A stretch of DNA of 64,000 nt, taken from Nannocystales bacterium (GTDB lineage: Bacteria > Myxococcota_A > Polyangia > Nannocystales > Nannocystaceae). Every line of letters begins with the position of its first letter. Within the stretch, counting starts at the first letter, position 1. Position numbers and translations under genes: made by a program. Where the stretch lies: the NCBI GenBank assembly GCA_050633305.1, contig JBOEGF010000018.1:544001-608000 (forward strand), read 5' to 3'. The notes beneath the pieces are model-generated. The model searched no databases. It had not been told where the DNA came from and worked only from the letters and a program-made list of their open reading frames with translations. This document shows positions 40,555 to 49,661 of the stretch, piece by piece.

Positions 40555-41691
40555 GTGAACCCCCGCGCTCTGCTGCTCTGTGCCGCAGTGTGGGTGGCTG
40601 GATGTGCGACGCCTGGCGCATGGAGTCGTTCGGGACTCGGCTCGGCGCGTGCGGACGCAGGTGCGGCCGAGTTCGGTGCCGGGAAGGGCGAAGAGACCGA
40701 GCGTCCTTGGGTGAAGCACAAGGTCGTTCCACGGGAGCGTATCGAGGACATCGAGAACCGCTACGGCGTGTCCAAGAAGGAGCTCATCCGATGGAACAAG
40801 CGGCTGAAGCAGAAACAGTGGATCTACGCGGGCCAGGTCCTGCGCATCAAGGCGCGCCGTGTTCCTCCGCCCCGCGAGAAGATCACCTACGTCGTCAAGC
40901 GCGGCGACCGGTGGGTCGAGATCGCGAAGGCCCACAACATTCGGGAGAGCGACCTGCGCTCATGGAACCGCAAGGTTCCGCGCGCCTTCAAGGTCGGGCA
41001 GAAGCTGACCGTCTACACCAACCCGCTCGAGGTGGTGGCGCCGCCGTCCGATGACGAGGGAGAGCCGGCGGGCTCGGGTTCGAACCCTGACCGTCTCAGT
41101 GTGCGCTCCAATGCCTTGTCGATCGGCAAGCCCAACCGAGGTCGGATCCAGAACGGAATCCAGCTTCCACAGAGTGAGCACTACACCCTGCGGGATCCAG
41201 ACCGCTCGTATGGCTCCTCGCACGCGGTTACGATCATTCACGATTCGATCGCAGCGTTTCGAGCTGAGACCGGGTACCGCGGCGAGATCAAGATCGCGGA
41301 CATGAGCAAGAAGGGGGGCGGACGGCTTCGCCCGCACGGCTCGCATCAGGCGGGCCGCGACGTCGACATCCGATTGCCCCGTCGCGCAGGCGTGTCCACG
41401 GACAACAAGAGCATCTCCGCGATGGACTGGGACCTGTCCTGGGCGTTGGTGAAGGCGTTCATCGACACCGGCGAGATCGAGTACATCTTCTTGGAGACGG
41501 GCCGGCAGAAGGCGCTTCGGAAGGCCGCGCAACGAGCCGGTGCGTCGGCGTCGGAGCTGGCGCGCGCGATCCAATACCCGAGCAAGCGCGGCACCAACAA
41601 GGGCATTGTTCGGCATGCCAGCGGACACCGGATCCACATCCACATCCGGATCAAGTGCGCCAAGAGCAACAGCCGCTGCAAGTCCTACTGA
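40555..41691 (+). CDS. Lipoprotein with 2 LysM domains and MepA-type penicillin-insensitive murein endopeptidase domain
   Basis: VAGC; two LysM-like repeats; SIG.P..G.I..G, DMSKKGGG..PHGSHQAGRDVD, HIH. Confidence 0.88.
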   Translation: MNPRALLLCAAVWVAGCATPGAWSRSGLGSARADAGAAEFGAGKGEETERPWVKHKVVPRERIEDIENRYGVSKKELIRWNKRLKQKQWIYAGQVLRIKARRVPPPREKITYVVKRGDRWVEIAKAHNIRESDLRSWNRKVPRAFKVGQKLTVYTNPLEVVAPPSDDEGEPAGSGSNPDRLSVRSNALSIGKPNRGRIQNGIQLPQSEHYTLRDPDRSYGSSHAVTIIHDSIAAFRAETGYRGEIKIADMSKKGGGRLRPHGSHQAGRDVDIRLPRRAGVSTDNKSISAMDWDLSWALVKAFIDTGEIEYIFLETGRQKALRKAAQRAGASASELARAIQYPSKRGTNKGIVRHASGHRIHIHIRIKCAKSNSRCKSY

Positions 41692-41803
41692 GCGCGGCCC
41701 CAAGCTTTGATGACGGTCCCGCGGCCTGCTCGGAGTCCGAGCCGTTGTTCTCGGTGGCTGTGCTGGCCCGAGGTGTCCCAGTCTTTTTCTTGCTGCGCTA
41801 CAC

Positions 41804-41832
41804 TTGACGCTCGTGAGCTACGCTTGTAGCTT
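41804..41832 (+). promoter_or_regulatory. sigma70 promoter with overlapping BlaI/CopY-type operator
   Basis: TTGACG(41804-09)-N17-TAGCTT(41827-32); palindrome AGCTAC-GCTT-GTAGCT (41816-31) matches TACAnnTGTA with one mismatch. Confidence 0.75.
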
Positions 41833-41838
41833 TGATTC

Positions 41839-42192
41839 GTGACTGACGCTGAGTGGGACATTCTTGAGGTGCTGTGGCGCCTTGAACAGGCAACGAGCTC
41901 TCAGGTTGCGGAGGCGCTCGCGCAGACCCGCGGGTGGGCGCCATCCACCGTCCGAACGTTCCTGTCCCGGATGAAGGACAAGGGGATGCTCAAGGCGGAC
42001 CGCGTAGGAAAGAACTGGGTCTACCGGGCGGCGAGCGACCCGACGGAGACCCGTCGGTCGGCCTGGCAGAGCTTTGCCCAGACCGCGTTTGGCTCGGTCG
42101 GTGGGGCGCTTCGCTTCCTCGCCGAGGACGCCAAGCTCACCCGAACGCAGAGGACTCGGCTGCTCGAGATGTTGGAGGCCAAAGATGACTGA
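41839..42192 (+). CDS. BlaI/MecI/CopY family transcriptional repressor
   Basis: TDAEWDILEVLW...WAPSTVRTFLSRM..KG.L. Confidence 0.93.
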   Translation: MTDAEWDILEVLWRLEQATSSQVAEALAQTRGWAPSTVRTFLSRMKDKGMLKADRVGKNWVYRAASDPTETRRSAWQSFAQTAFGSVGGALRFLAEDAKLTRTQRTRLLEMLEAKDD

Positions 42193-43615
42193 TCCATGGT
42201 CCTGGTTGTGGTCTGCGACGCTGTTGACCGGCTTGGTGTACGCGGTGGTTCGTCTCTGCGAGGTGACGTTCGGCCGGCGAATCCCCGCGGTGGTGCGCAT
42301 GGCCGGATACGCGCTGGTGTTCTTTCGACTGTTGACGCCGGCCACTGCGACGCACAGCGCAGCGGTGCTGCCCAAGGAGGTGCTGGCGGTCTCCGTCACA
42401 ACCGCGGAGGCTGTTTCAACCGATTCTTCCGTTTCCCACGAGCTCAAGGCCACGTCGAACTCTGGCAGACCGCTGCCATGGACGCAGACCCTGTACGGGG
42501 CAGGTGTCCTGGTGGTCTTGGGGACCGCGGTGGTGGGCCGACGCCGCGAGCGTTCGTTGCTTCGTACATCGACGCGCGAGATGGGCACCGACGGGGCCCC
42601 GGTTTGGGTCCATCCCACCGCCGGCCCCTGCGTCGTCGGCACGTTTCGGCCCCGTATTGTGGTGCCGGTCGAATTCCGGGAGCTGCCTCACTCGGTACGC
42701 TTGTGCATTCTGGCTCACGAGCGGGCGCACGTTCGTGGCCGTGACCCCTGGATCATGGCGGCACTTCAAGTCGCCGTCGCGGTCTCGTGGCCAGTCGTTC
42801 CATGCTGGCTCGCGGCGGCTCGCATACGAGCGCTCCTCGAGGTGCGGGCGGATGCGACGGCGGTCCGAACACTCGACTCCAACGCCACGCTCTACGGACG
42901 GGCGCTGATTGGGATGGCGTCCGTTCGGCCGCTGGGGAGTCTCCCTGGCCTGTCGGGCTACCGTGCCCTCGCCGAGAGGATTGCGGCCGTGGCGGCAGGT
43001 CCGTCGTCCCCACGGGGGTCCGGCGGTCTGCTGTTGGGGCTCAGCGTTGCAGCCCTCGCATGCAGCGTGCAGGCGGAGTCCTACCCAGCCGTGGAGGCCT
43101 CCGCCGTATCACCGGCCGAACCGCTTCCGGTTTCAGCACGACCCAGCGGTCTGGTGCAGGTTCAGGGCAGCGATGTCTTGCGGGTGGCCCACCCCGAACT
43201 CGCTTGGGCCACCCCCGCCGTCGCTCGAGAACTCGCCGACCTTGCAGCACGCCTTCGATTGAGCAGCCCCGGGGCGATCCTCACGGTCGGCGACCTGAGT
43301 CGGCGTGGCGGAGGACGCTTCCCACCGCACAAGAGCCATCGCGATGGACGGGAGGTGGATCTCCCATGGCCGGTCGATGAGGACGGTCAACTCCTCGCCC
43401 CCCAGGCTTGGGAGCTTCTGCAGGCGTTGGCGGAGAGCGGGAGTGTCGAGGCCATCGTCATCGATGGCGAGTTGCACGAGGGGATTCGCGAGGCAGCAAT
43501 CGCCGACGGAGCGACGGCGGAGGCCCTCGCGGCGCTGTTGCCAGAGCCGTCGGAGGATCCGACGCACCGCTCTCGACACGTTCATGTGCGCTTCCGTGCG
43601 GGCGGAGCGTCCTGA
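42185..43615 (+). CDS. BlaR1/MecR1-type M56 metallopeptidase sensor fused to C-terminal MepA-like domain
   Basis: GP.VVG..RP.I.VP, HERAH, EVRAD, YG.AL; C-terminal GDLSRRGGGRFPPHKSHRDGREVD...HVH; 8-bp overlap with repressor. Confidence 0.85.
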   Translation: MTDPWSWLWSATLLTGLVYAVVRLCEVTFGRRIPAVVRMAGYALVFFRLLTPATATHSAAVLPKEVLAVSVTTAEAVSTDSSVSHELKATSNSGRPLPWTQTLYGAGVLVVLGTAVVGRRRERSLLRTSTREMGTDGAPVWVHPTAGPCVVGTFRPRIVVPVEFRELPHSVRLCILAHERAHVRGRDPWIMAALQVAVAVSWPVVPCWLAAARIRALLEVRADATAVRTLDSNATLYGRALIGMASVRPLGSLPGLSGYRALAERIAAVAAGPSSPRGSGGLLLGLSVAALACSVQAESYPAVEASAVSPAEPLPVSARPSGLVQVQGSDVLRVAHPELAWATPAVARELADLAARLRLSSPGAILTVGDLSRRGGGRFPPHKSHRDGREVDLPWPVDEDGQLLAPQAWELLQALAESGSVEAIVIDGELHEGIREAAIADGATAEALAALLPEPSEDPTHRSRHVHVRFRAGGAS

Positions 43616-43682
43616 GGACCGGAACAGTCGGTTCCGCCGCGGGGGCCTCGCAAGTCGGGCAATGCGTGGCAGCCTGGCGGCC

Positions 43683-44648
43683 ATGGGACACCTGTTCGAA
43701 GGCACCTGGCGGACCGAGGACCACTTTCCGACAGACAGTGAAGGCCGGTTCGTCCGGAAATCTGCGAGCTTTCGCAACCAGGTGAAAGCTGATGGATCGA
43801 CGCCCTATACGCCCGAGGCAGGTCGTTACCACCTCTACGTCTCGTACGCCTGTCCGTGGGCGCATCGTACGTTGATCGCGCGGGCGCTGCTCGGTCTCGA
43901 GGATGCGATCTCGGTCTCGGTCTGCCACCCGCTGATGCTCGAGGACGGTTGGGTGTTCTCCGAGGGCAAGGCCGAGGTCGCCGACACCGTCAATGGCATC
44001 GACTTCCTCCATCAGCTCTACTCGAAGGCCGACTCCAGCTACACCGGCCGCGCCACGGTGCCGGTGTTGTGGGACAAGAAGACCGGGACGCTGGTCAACA
44101 ACGAGTCGCGGGACATCCTTCGCATGCTCACGACAGAGTTTCGTGGGCTGTGGACTCGCGAGTTGGAGCTGGCACCGACGGGGTTGGTCGGGGAGATCGA
44201 CGAGGTGGCGGCGTCTTTCTACAACGAGATCAACAACGGGGTTTACCGCTCTGGCTTCGCTCGAACCCAAGAGGCCTACGAGAGCGCGGTGACCGAGCTG
44301 TTCGGGGCGCTGGATCACTGGGAAGAGCATCTGTCCACGCGACGGTTCCTCGTGGGCAATCGTTTCACCGAGGCCGACCTCTGCCTCTTCCCTACGCTGC
44401 TGCGGTTCGATCCTGTCTACGTCACCCATTTCAAGTGCAACATCCGGCGACTCGTCGACTACCCGAACCTGTGGGGCTACACGCGCGACATCTTCCAGGT
44501 GCCCGGCGTCGCTTCGACGTGCAGCTTCGAACACATCAAGGCCCACTACTATGGGTCACACGAATCGGTGAACCCGTTCGGAATCGTGCCGCTTGGACCG
44601 GAACTCGATCACACGGCGCCGCATGGCCGTGAGTCGCTCTCCGCGTAG
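43683..44648 (+). CDS. yqjG: Glutathionyl-hydroquinone reductase (GST Xi class)
   Basis: RYHLYVSYACPWAHR, TVPVLWD, NNES, NNGVY.SGFA, LRFDPVY. Confidence 0.93.
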   Translation: MGHLFEGTWRTEDHFPTDSEGRFVRKSASFRNQVKADGSTPYTPEAGRYHLYVSYACPWAHRTLIARALLGLEDAISVSVCHPLMLEDGWVFSEGKAEVADTVNGIDFLHQLYSKADSSYTGRATVPVLWDKKTGTLVNNESRDILRMLTTEFRGLWTRELELAPTGLVGEIDEVAASFYNEINNGVYRSGFARTQEAYESAVTELFGALDHWEEHLSTRRFLVGNRFTEADLCLFPTLLRFDPVYVTHFKCNIRRLVDYPNLWGYTRDIFQVPGVASTCSFEHIKAHYYGSHESVNPFGIVPLGPELDHTAPHGRESLSA

Positions 44649-44723
44649 CGCCGCCGATCGGTCAAGAAGCCCGCCTCGGGGTTCCGAGGGCGGTGGGTCC
44701 GGTGCCGCCAACGGCAGGAGCTA

Positions 44724-45191
44724 TCAGGGATGTTCGAGCTTGTCGGTTTTTGCTTCGCGCTCGCACACCCAGGCCTGCGCGGTGAACACGAGATTCCCAT
44801 TCATCGCCCGCAACTCGTCGAGTTCATGGATCAGGTAGCGGGGACGGTCGGCGGTGTCCCCGGGCCCGAACAAGGTCATCAAGAACGCATGCGGCAACAG
44901 TTCCCGGAAGATCCGCAGGGAGAGCGCGAGGTTGCTGTGGAGTTGGGTGGAGCCTTGCAGTGTCCAGAGATAGGCTTCCTCGAGGTCTCCGCGCTCGTGT
45001 TCGCCACGGACTTCTTCCATGAAGCGGGTGAACAGCTCTCCGAGTCGGTGTTCGGCTTCTTCGGCCCGAAGCAAAACCCGGATCGTTGCGCGCTGGTGAG
45101 GCTCGGCCGGAGGGCCGAACCCCGGGTCGAGGACACGAATTTGGGTTGAGTCGACGGCGGCGTTGGACGCGAAACACTCCATGGCGAGCAC
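44724..45191 (-). CDS. Hypothetical protein
   Basis: Globular composition; fills gap; start uncertain. Confidence 0.55.
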   Translation of the reverse strand: MLAMECFASNAAVDSTQIRVLDPGFGPPAEPHQRATIRVLLRAEEAEHRLGELFTRFMEEVRGEHERGDLEEAYLWTLQGSTQLHSNLALSLRIFRELLPHAFLMTLFGPGDTADRPRYLIHELDELRAMNGNLVFTAQAWVCEREAKTDKLEHP

Positions 45192-45272
45192 ACCCGGGCG
45201 GGCCGTTCAGTCTCCGTCGCGCCATGACGCTGGGCAAACATCTCGGCGTCCAAGGGACACCCTCCCCCCGGA

Positions 45273-46109
45273 TCAGTCGACGAACGGGCCCCGGTGCACG
45301 ATGGGCTCGCCGTGCGGTCGTCCGCTCAGGAACGCGAATCGGCTTCCGCGCGCTCCGCCGACGTCGAGGACCCCCGGTTCGAGCAGCAGCGCTTCTCCCC
45401 GCCGAGCTGTATGGGCACCCACTGTGACCGCGCCTTCGATGGCGTACACAAGGGAGTTTCGGCCCGCGGGGATCGTGGTCGACCAGCTCTGGGCGAGCAG
45501 TGTGACGTCTCGATAGTCGACCTCGGTGTGCAACGCTACTGGGGAGCGGCTCCCCGAGATGACACGGGTGCGTTCATCGGAACTCTCGAGGAGCGGCAAG
45601 GCGTTGCTCTGGTGTCCGGTGTACTCCGGCTCCATCCGCTTGAGTCTGCGCGGAAGGTTGACCCACAACTGCAAGCCCCGGTTGCTACCCGCGCTCGCGG
45701 GCATCTCGGAGTGTTTCGCCCCGCGGCCGGAGTTGAACCGTTGCGTGCCGCCGGAGGTGATCTTCGAGACGTTGCCCATCGTATCGCGGTGCTCGAACGC
45801 GCCCTCGATCATGTAGGTGAAGGCCTCGAACCCGCGGTGGGGATGGGTCGGGAACCCCGCTGGCGATCGCACGTCGAAGTCGTCCATGAGGACGAACGGG
45901 TCGAAGTTGCGGAGCTGGGGCGAGGGGAAGATACGGGCCAGCGTGGCACCATCGCCGTCGGTCGTGCCGCGGGCGTGGATCTTGGTCCGTACGGACGACG
46001 TCGGACCGCGCTCCTGCTCGACCGGTGGGGCTGGCTTTCCACGACATGCAGGAAGCCACAGGCTCAACATGCTGCCGGCCCCCAGTTCGAGCACTTCGCG
46101 TCGTTGCAT
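45273..46109 (-). CDS. Pirin family protein with Tat/lipoprotein-like signal
   Basis: DPFVLMD, GFPTHPHRGFE..TY, HSEMP, LQLWVNLP, GPFV; N-terminus QRREVL...LPAC. Confidence 0.92.
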   Translation of the reverse strand: MQRREVLELGAGSMLSLWLPACRGKPAPPVEQERGPTSSVRTKIHARGTTDGDGATLARIFPSPQLRNFDPFVLMDDFDVRSPAGFPTHPHRGFEAFTYMIEGAFEHRDTMGNVSKITSGGTQRFNSGRGAKHSEMPASAGSNRGLQLWVNLPRRLKRMEPEYTGHQSNALPLLESSDERTRVISGSRSPVALHTEVDYRDVTLLAQSWSTTIPAGRNSLVYAIEGAVTVGAHTARRGEALLLEPGVLDVGGARGSRFAFLSGRPHGEPIVHRGPFVD

Positions 46110-46171
46110 GCCCTGAGGCTACCGTGGAAGTCGCGACACGCGGCGGAACGCACCGTTGCGGCGGGCGAATC

Positions 46172-47275
46172 TCAGTCTGAAGATGCTGCGAGCTCGTCCT
46201 CGTGCCGCTCGGCGAGGTTCTTCTGCGCGAGTCTCGTGACCACGGGCTCGAGCGCGTGCACGAAGGCCGCGAGCATAGCTTGTGCGTCCATCTCCGGGAG
46301 ACGCTCACCAAAGGCGCTGTGCAGCTCGATCGCGCCGTCGACCGGTCGGGCGAGTTCGTCCGCCGTATCTCCCCATCGCAGAATATGGCCGGCGAGGACA
46401 TGGCGTACGGTGGGCCCCAACAGGCGCGGCGCCCGTTGTTCGAGGACGGCGCCGAGCAGTGCCACGATCTCCTCGGGCAGGGCTTGACCGAGCAGCCTCG
46501 TTGGCGCGGCAGGGAGCGGCGCGGCGGGACCCACGGGAGTTCCGTCGGCTTCGAAACTGAGGACGTCGTGCCAACGGATACCACCAAGATCGACGTAGGC
46601 GACCCAGCGGTCCCCTTCGGCGCGAAGCCTGCGTGTCCCGAGCTGGTGGAGGGCGTAGCTACGGCCTTCGATGTACACGCGCTCCAGCCCGTCGCGAAGC
46701 TGTACGCACACGTGTTCGGTAGGCCAGTGCCATTCGAACGGTGCCGGGTGGAACGGCACACCGACCTCGACCATGGAACCGCGAATCGCACGAGACTCGA
46801 CGTCCTGCGTGAATCGTTCCAGGGCCGCGGGTGGATCGTCGACTCGAAAACTGTGGGTGAGGGCGTCGAACAGGGTGGCGGTGGGGTAGGGGCCGCGGTA
46901 GCGCAGCGAACTCGCGCCCGAGCGCTGGGCCGACCCGGAGAGCCAGTTCAGCAGAGCCGATCCCGCACCTGAGGGCAGAGCACCCGGCACGTCGACGGGG
47001 GGAATGTGCGTGGGCCGACTCCACTGCGTCTGACCGCACTTGGCCACGATGGTCTCGGCGAAGCGGAGATCGTGTGCGCGGTGAAACAACGGGTGTGGGC
47101 TCGCCTCGCCCTGCAGGACGAGCGCAGAACGGTCTGGTCGAAACAGGGTGAGCGTGTGAAGGGCGTCCCCGTTCCACCGGGCGGCCCAGACCTCGTGCCC
47201 ATGCCGGTCCACGGCTCGTCGCACGCGACCGCCGGCGGAGTGAATCACCGTGCCGTGAAGGAGCGAGGTCTCCAT
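46172..47275 (-). CDS. Hypothetical protein
   Basis: Long ORF with normal composition (LRYRGPYPTATLF); no motif recognised. Confidence 0.7.
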   Translation of the reverse strand: METSLLHGTVIHSAGGRVRRAVDRHGHEVWAARWNGDALHTLTLFRPDRSALVLQGEASPHPLFHRAHDLRFAETIVAKCGQTQWSRPTHIPPVDVPGALPSGAGSALLNWLSGSAQRSGASSLRYRGPYPTATLFDALTHSFRVDDPPAALERFTQDVESRAIRGSMVEVGVPFHPAPFEWHWPTEHVCVQLRDGLERVYIEGRSYALHQLGTRRLRAEGDRWVAYVDLGGIRWHDVLSFEADGTPVGPAAPLPAAPTRLLGQALPEEIVALLGAVLEQRAPRLLGPTVRHVLAGHILRWGDTADELARPVDGAIELHSAFGERLPEMDAQAMLAAFVHALEPVVTRLAQKNLAERHEDELAASSD

Positions 47276-47342
47276 GCGCGCCGAACCCTACTGCACCCGG
47301 CGGCCTCGGGCGAACCAACCTCCCGCCTGAGGCTCAGGACAC

Positions 47343-47380
47343 AAAAAAACGAGCGGGGAACCCGGGGGCTCCACCGCTCG
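47343..47380 (-). terminator. Rho-independent terminator
   Basis: Minus strand CGAGCGGTGGAG...TTCCCCGCTCG followed by T7, 18 nt after stop at 47399. Confidence 0.8.
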
Positions 47381-47398
47381 CTCTTGCGAAGAGGGGTC

Positions 47399-47977
47399 TC
47401 AACCGTCGCAGGCGGGGCACATGCCAGCTTGGCAGCCCGAGAGCGCGAGCACGGCAGGGGGAAGCCCGACGACGTCGCACTCCGTCTGACACGCGGGGAG
47501 CGCTTTGGTGCCCATGTCCATGACGTCAAGGCAGTCGAGGATGCAGTTGCAGTCCTCGTCGTCGCGGCAGGCCTGCAGCTCATCGCAGCAGGTGGTCTTG
47601 AGGCACGTCGAGCACTCGTCGTCGTCCTTGGCGGCTTCGCATGCTGCGTTGTCGCCACCGCCGGTGGTGTCGGCACCGCCGGTGGAGGTGTCGGCGCCGG
47701 TGGTCGCGCTGTCGGTCGCGGTCTCAGTTGCGGTCTCGGACGCGCTTTCGGATGCGGACTCGCTCGCGCTCTCGGACTCGGACGCGGTTGCGCTGGCGGT
47801 CTCGGACTCCGACGCGCTGGCGGTCTCAGTGTCGCTGGCGGTCGCGGTTTCGGTTCCGGCGCCGGTCGAGGATGCCGTGGCGGTGGCACCGGTATCGCCG
47901 TCGCCGCCGTCGTCACCGCAGGCGGCGAGAGGAAGGGCGAGAGCGAGACCGAGGAAGAGGCAGACGTTACGGGTCAT
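47399..47977 (-). CDS. Lipoprotein with (TASASESE)n linker and Cys-rich C-terminal domain
   Basis: LAAC lipobox; Ser/Thr/Ala/Glu repeats; more than 12 Cys in C-terminal domain. Confidence 0.8.
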   Translation of the reverse strand: MTRNVCLFLGLALALPLAACGDDGGDGDTGATATASSTGAGTETATASDTETASASESETASATASESESASESASESASETATETATDSATTGADTSTGGADTTGGGDNAACEAAKDDDECSTCLKTTCCDELQACRDDEDCNCILDCLDVMDMGTKALPACQTECDVVGLPPAVLALSGCQAGMCPACDG

Positions 47978-48227
47978 GTCGAGTTTCCAATTGAAAGGGA
48001 GCCGGGAAAGACCGACTCCGCGACGTCTTCTATCGAACGCCCCTCGCGTTGCCAAGGTCCGGGCGGATCGCCGGGCTCGTGCCGGTGGCTATCCTAGGTT
48101 TGTGAGTCTGCAAAGCAGAATGAGCTGAGACGACCGTGGTGTGCGGAGACATTTCGGCGGGCTCCGGTCGTACGGCCCGACCCCCACGCCCGTGCAGATC
48201 GGGTTGAGCCCGACCCGAACCAGCCGC

Positions 48228-48833
48228 CTACGGCCCGCCGACGGAGGCGAGGTAGGCCAGCGGAATCGCGATGCCAGCGAGGACCAACACCGCGCCCCGG
48301 CCCCGCAGCCCCTTGCGACCGGGAATCATGAACATGCCCGAGACCGCCAGCAGCAGCAGAGCGCCCGCGTATCCGTCGGCGAAGTAGGTCCACGCCTTCT
48401 TGCCGCGGTTGAGGTGGAGCCAGTTGGCCGCTCTGAGGGCGAAGCGCTCCTGCTGGCCCTCCTCGTAGACCTTGCCCGTCCTTGTGGCGACAAACAGGGT
48501 GCTCTTCTCCAACGTGATCTCCAGCTCGCCCTCGGCCGGGCTGTAGACGTCCAATGGGACTTCGTCGATCCCCACCGAGTACATGACGACCGCGGCCGCT
48601 TCCTGTTCGTCCTCCGGGAGTGGAGCCTCGACGACGAACTCACGCTCGAAGTTGGTGAAGTTGGGATCCCAGTCCGCGATGTGGTTCACCGCGAGGCCGC
48701 TCAGAGCGTAAACAAAGGTGAGGCCGACCGCGAGGTAGCCGAAGTCGCGGTGCAACGCCCGAAGCCAGGGGCGCCACTTGAACTTCTTCTTTCGGTCGGT
48801 CTTGCCCGGTGAGGGAGGCGCCTCTTCAGGCAT
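48228..48833 (-). CDS. PepSY-associated TM-helix protein
   Basis: LHRDFGY...YALSGLAVNH, WLHLNR..WTYFAD, SGMFM. Confidence 0.85.
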   Translation of the reverse strand: MPEEAPPSPGKTDRKKKFKWRPWLRALHRDFGYLAVGLTFVYALSGLAVNHIADWDPNFTNFEREFVVEAPLPEDEQEAAAVVMYSVGIDEVPLDVYSPAEGELEITLEKSTLFVATRTGKVYEEGQQERFALRAANWLHLNRGKKAWTYFADGYAGALLLLAVSGMFMIPGRKGLRGRGAVLVLAGIAIPLAYLASVGGP

Positions 48834-49536
48834 ACCGCTCTTCTTTCCACGGGTCGGCGTGGTTGTTGTAGCCGCGGGTCTCCCAGTAGCCCGGTTGGTC
48901 TCGCCGGGTGAACCGGATACCGGTGAGCCACTTGGAGCTCTTCCAGAAGTAGAGATCGGGGACGAGCGCGCGGACCGGGGCTCCGTGGGGGCGACGCAGC
49001 GGGCGACCGTCGTGCTCCCAGGCGACCATCACGTTGTCGGCGAGCCCCTCGTCGAGCCGGACGTTGGCGGTGTAGCCGTGGGCGGACTCGAAGATGACGT
49101 GCCGGGCGGAGTCTTTGAGGCCCGCCTTTTCGGCGAGGTCCTTGACCCGTACGCCTTTCCAGCGCGCGTCGAGCATCGTCCAGCCGGTCACGCAGTGAAC
49201 GTCGGCGTTGGTTTCGACGGCGTCCATGCCGAGGAGCTGGCGAAAGTCCACCTCGAACGGACGCTCGACCTCGCCGTGGATCTTGATCTTGACGTTGCTG
49301 CGCGCCGGATCGCCGGGTTGGCCACCCATCGGTTTGAGGGCTGAGATGACACGCTGACCCGGCGGTACGCGAGCGCGGCCATCGGCCCTGGACTGTGCTT
49401 TCGCCTCGCTGGTGAGGTGGTCGCTGATCGTGTACAGGCCACCACCCATAGCGGCGATCACGGTGCCGGAGGCAGCCTTGCGGATGAAGTCGCGGCGGGC
49501 GATCGTTTTGGCGAGGGACGGAGCTGGGTCGGTCAT
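48826..49536 (-). CDS. Tat-exported sulfite-oxidase-family molybdoenzyme (Oxidored_molyb)
   Basis: ARRDFI Tat motif; DVHCVTGW, HGAPVR.LVP.LYFWKSSKWL, GYWE..GY. Confidence 0.9.
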   Translation of the reverse strand: MTDPAPSLAKTIARRDFIRKAASGTVIAAMGGGLYTISDHLTSEAKAQSRADGRARVPPGQRVISALKPMGGQPGDPARSNVKIKIHGEVERPFEVDFRQLLGMDAVETNADVHCVTGWTMLDARWKGVRVKDLAEKAGLKDSARHVIFESAHGYTANVRLDEGLADNVMVAWEHDGRPLRRPHGAPVRALVPDLYFWKSSKWLTGIRFTRRDQPGYWETRGYNNHADPWKEERYA

Positions 49537-49661
49537 GGTCGTCGTCCTTGGGCAAGGGTGCGGCACTGGGGAGACGGGTGCCATCGAGATGGTGTTACGG
49601 GCGCCGAGGTGGCGTTTTGCGGCGCACTTCGAGTATCCCTGAGGACGCGTCGCGGTTACCC

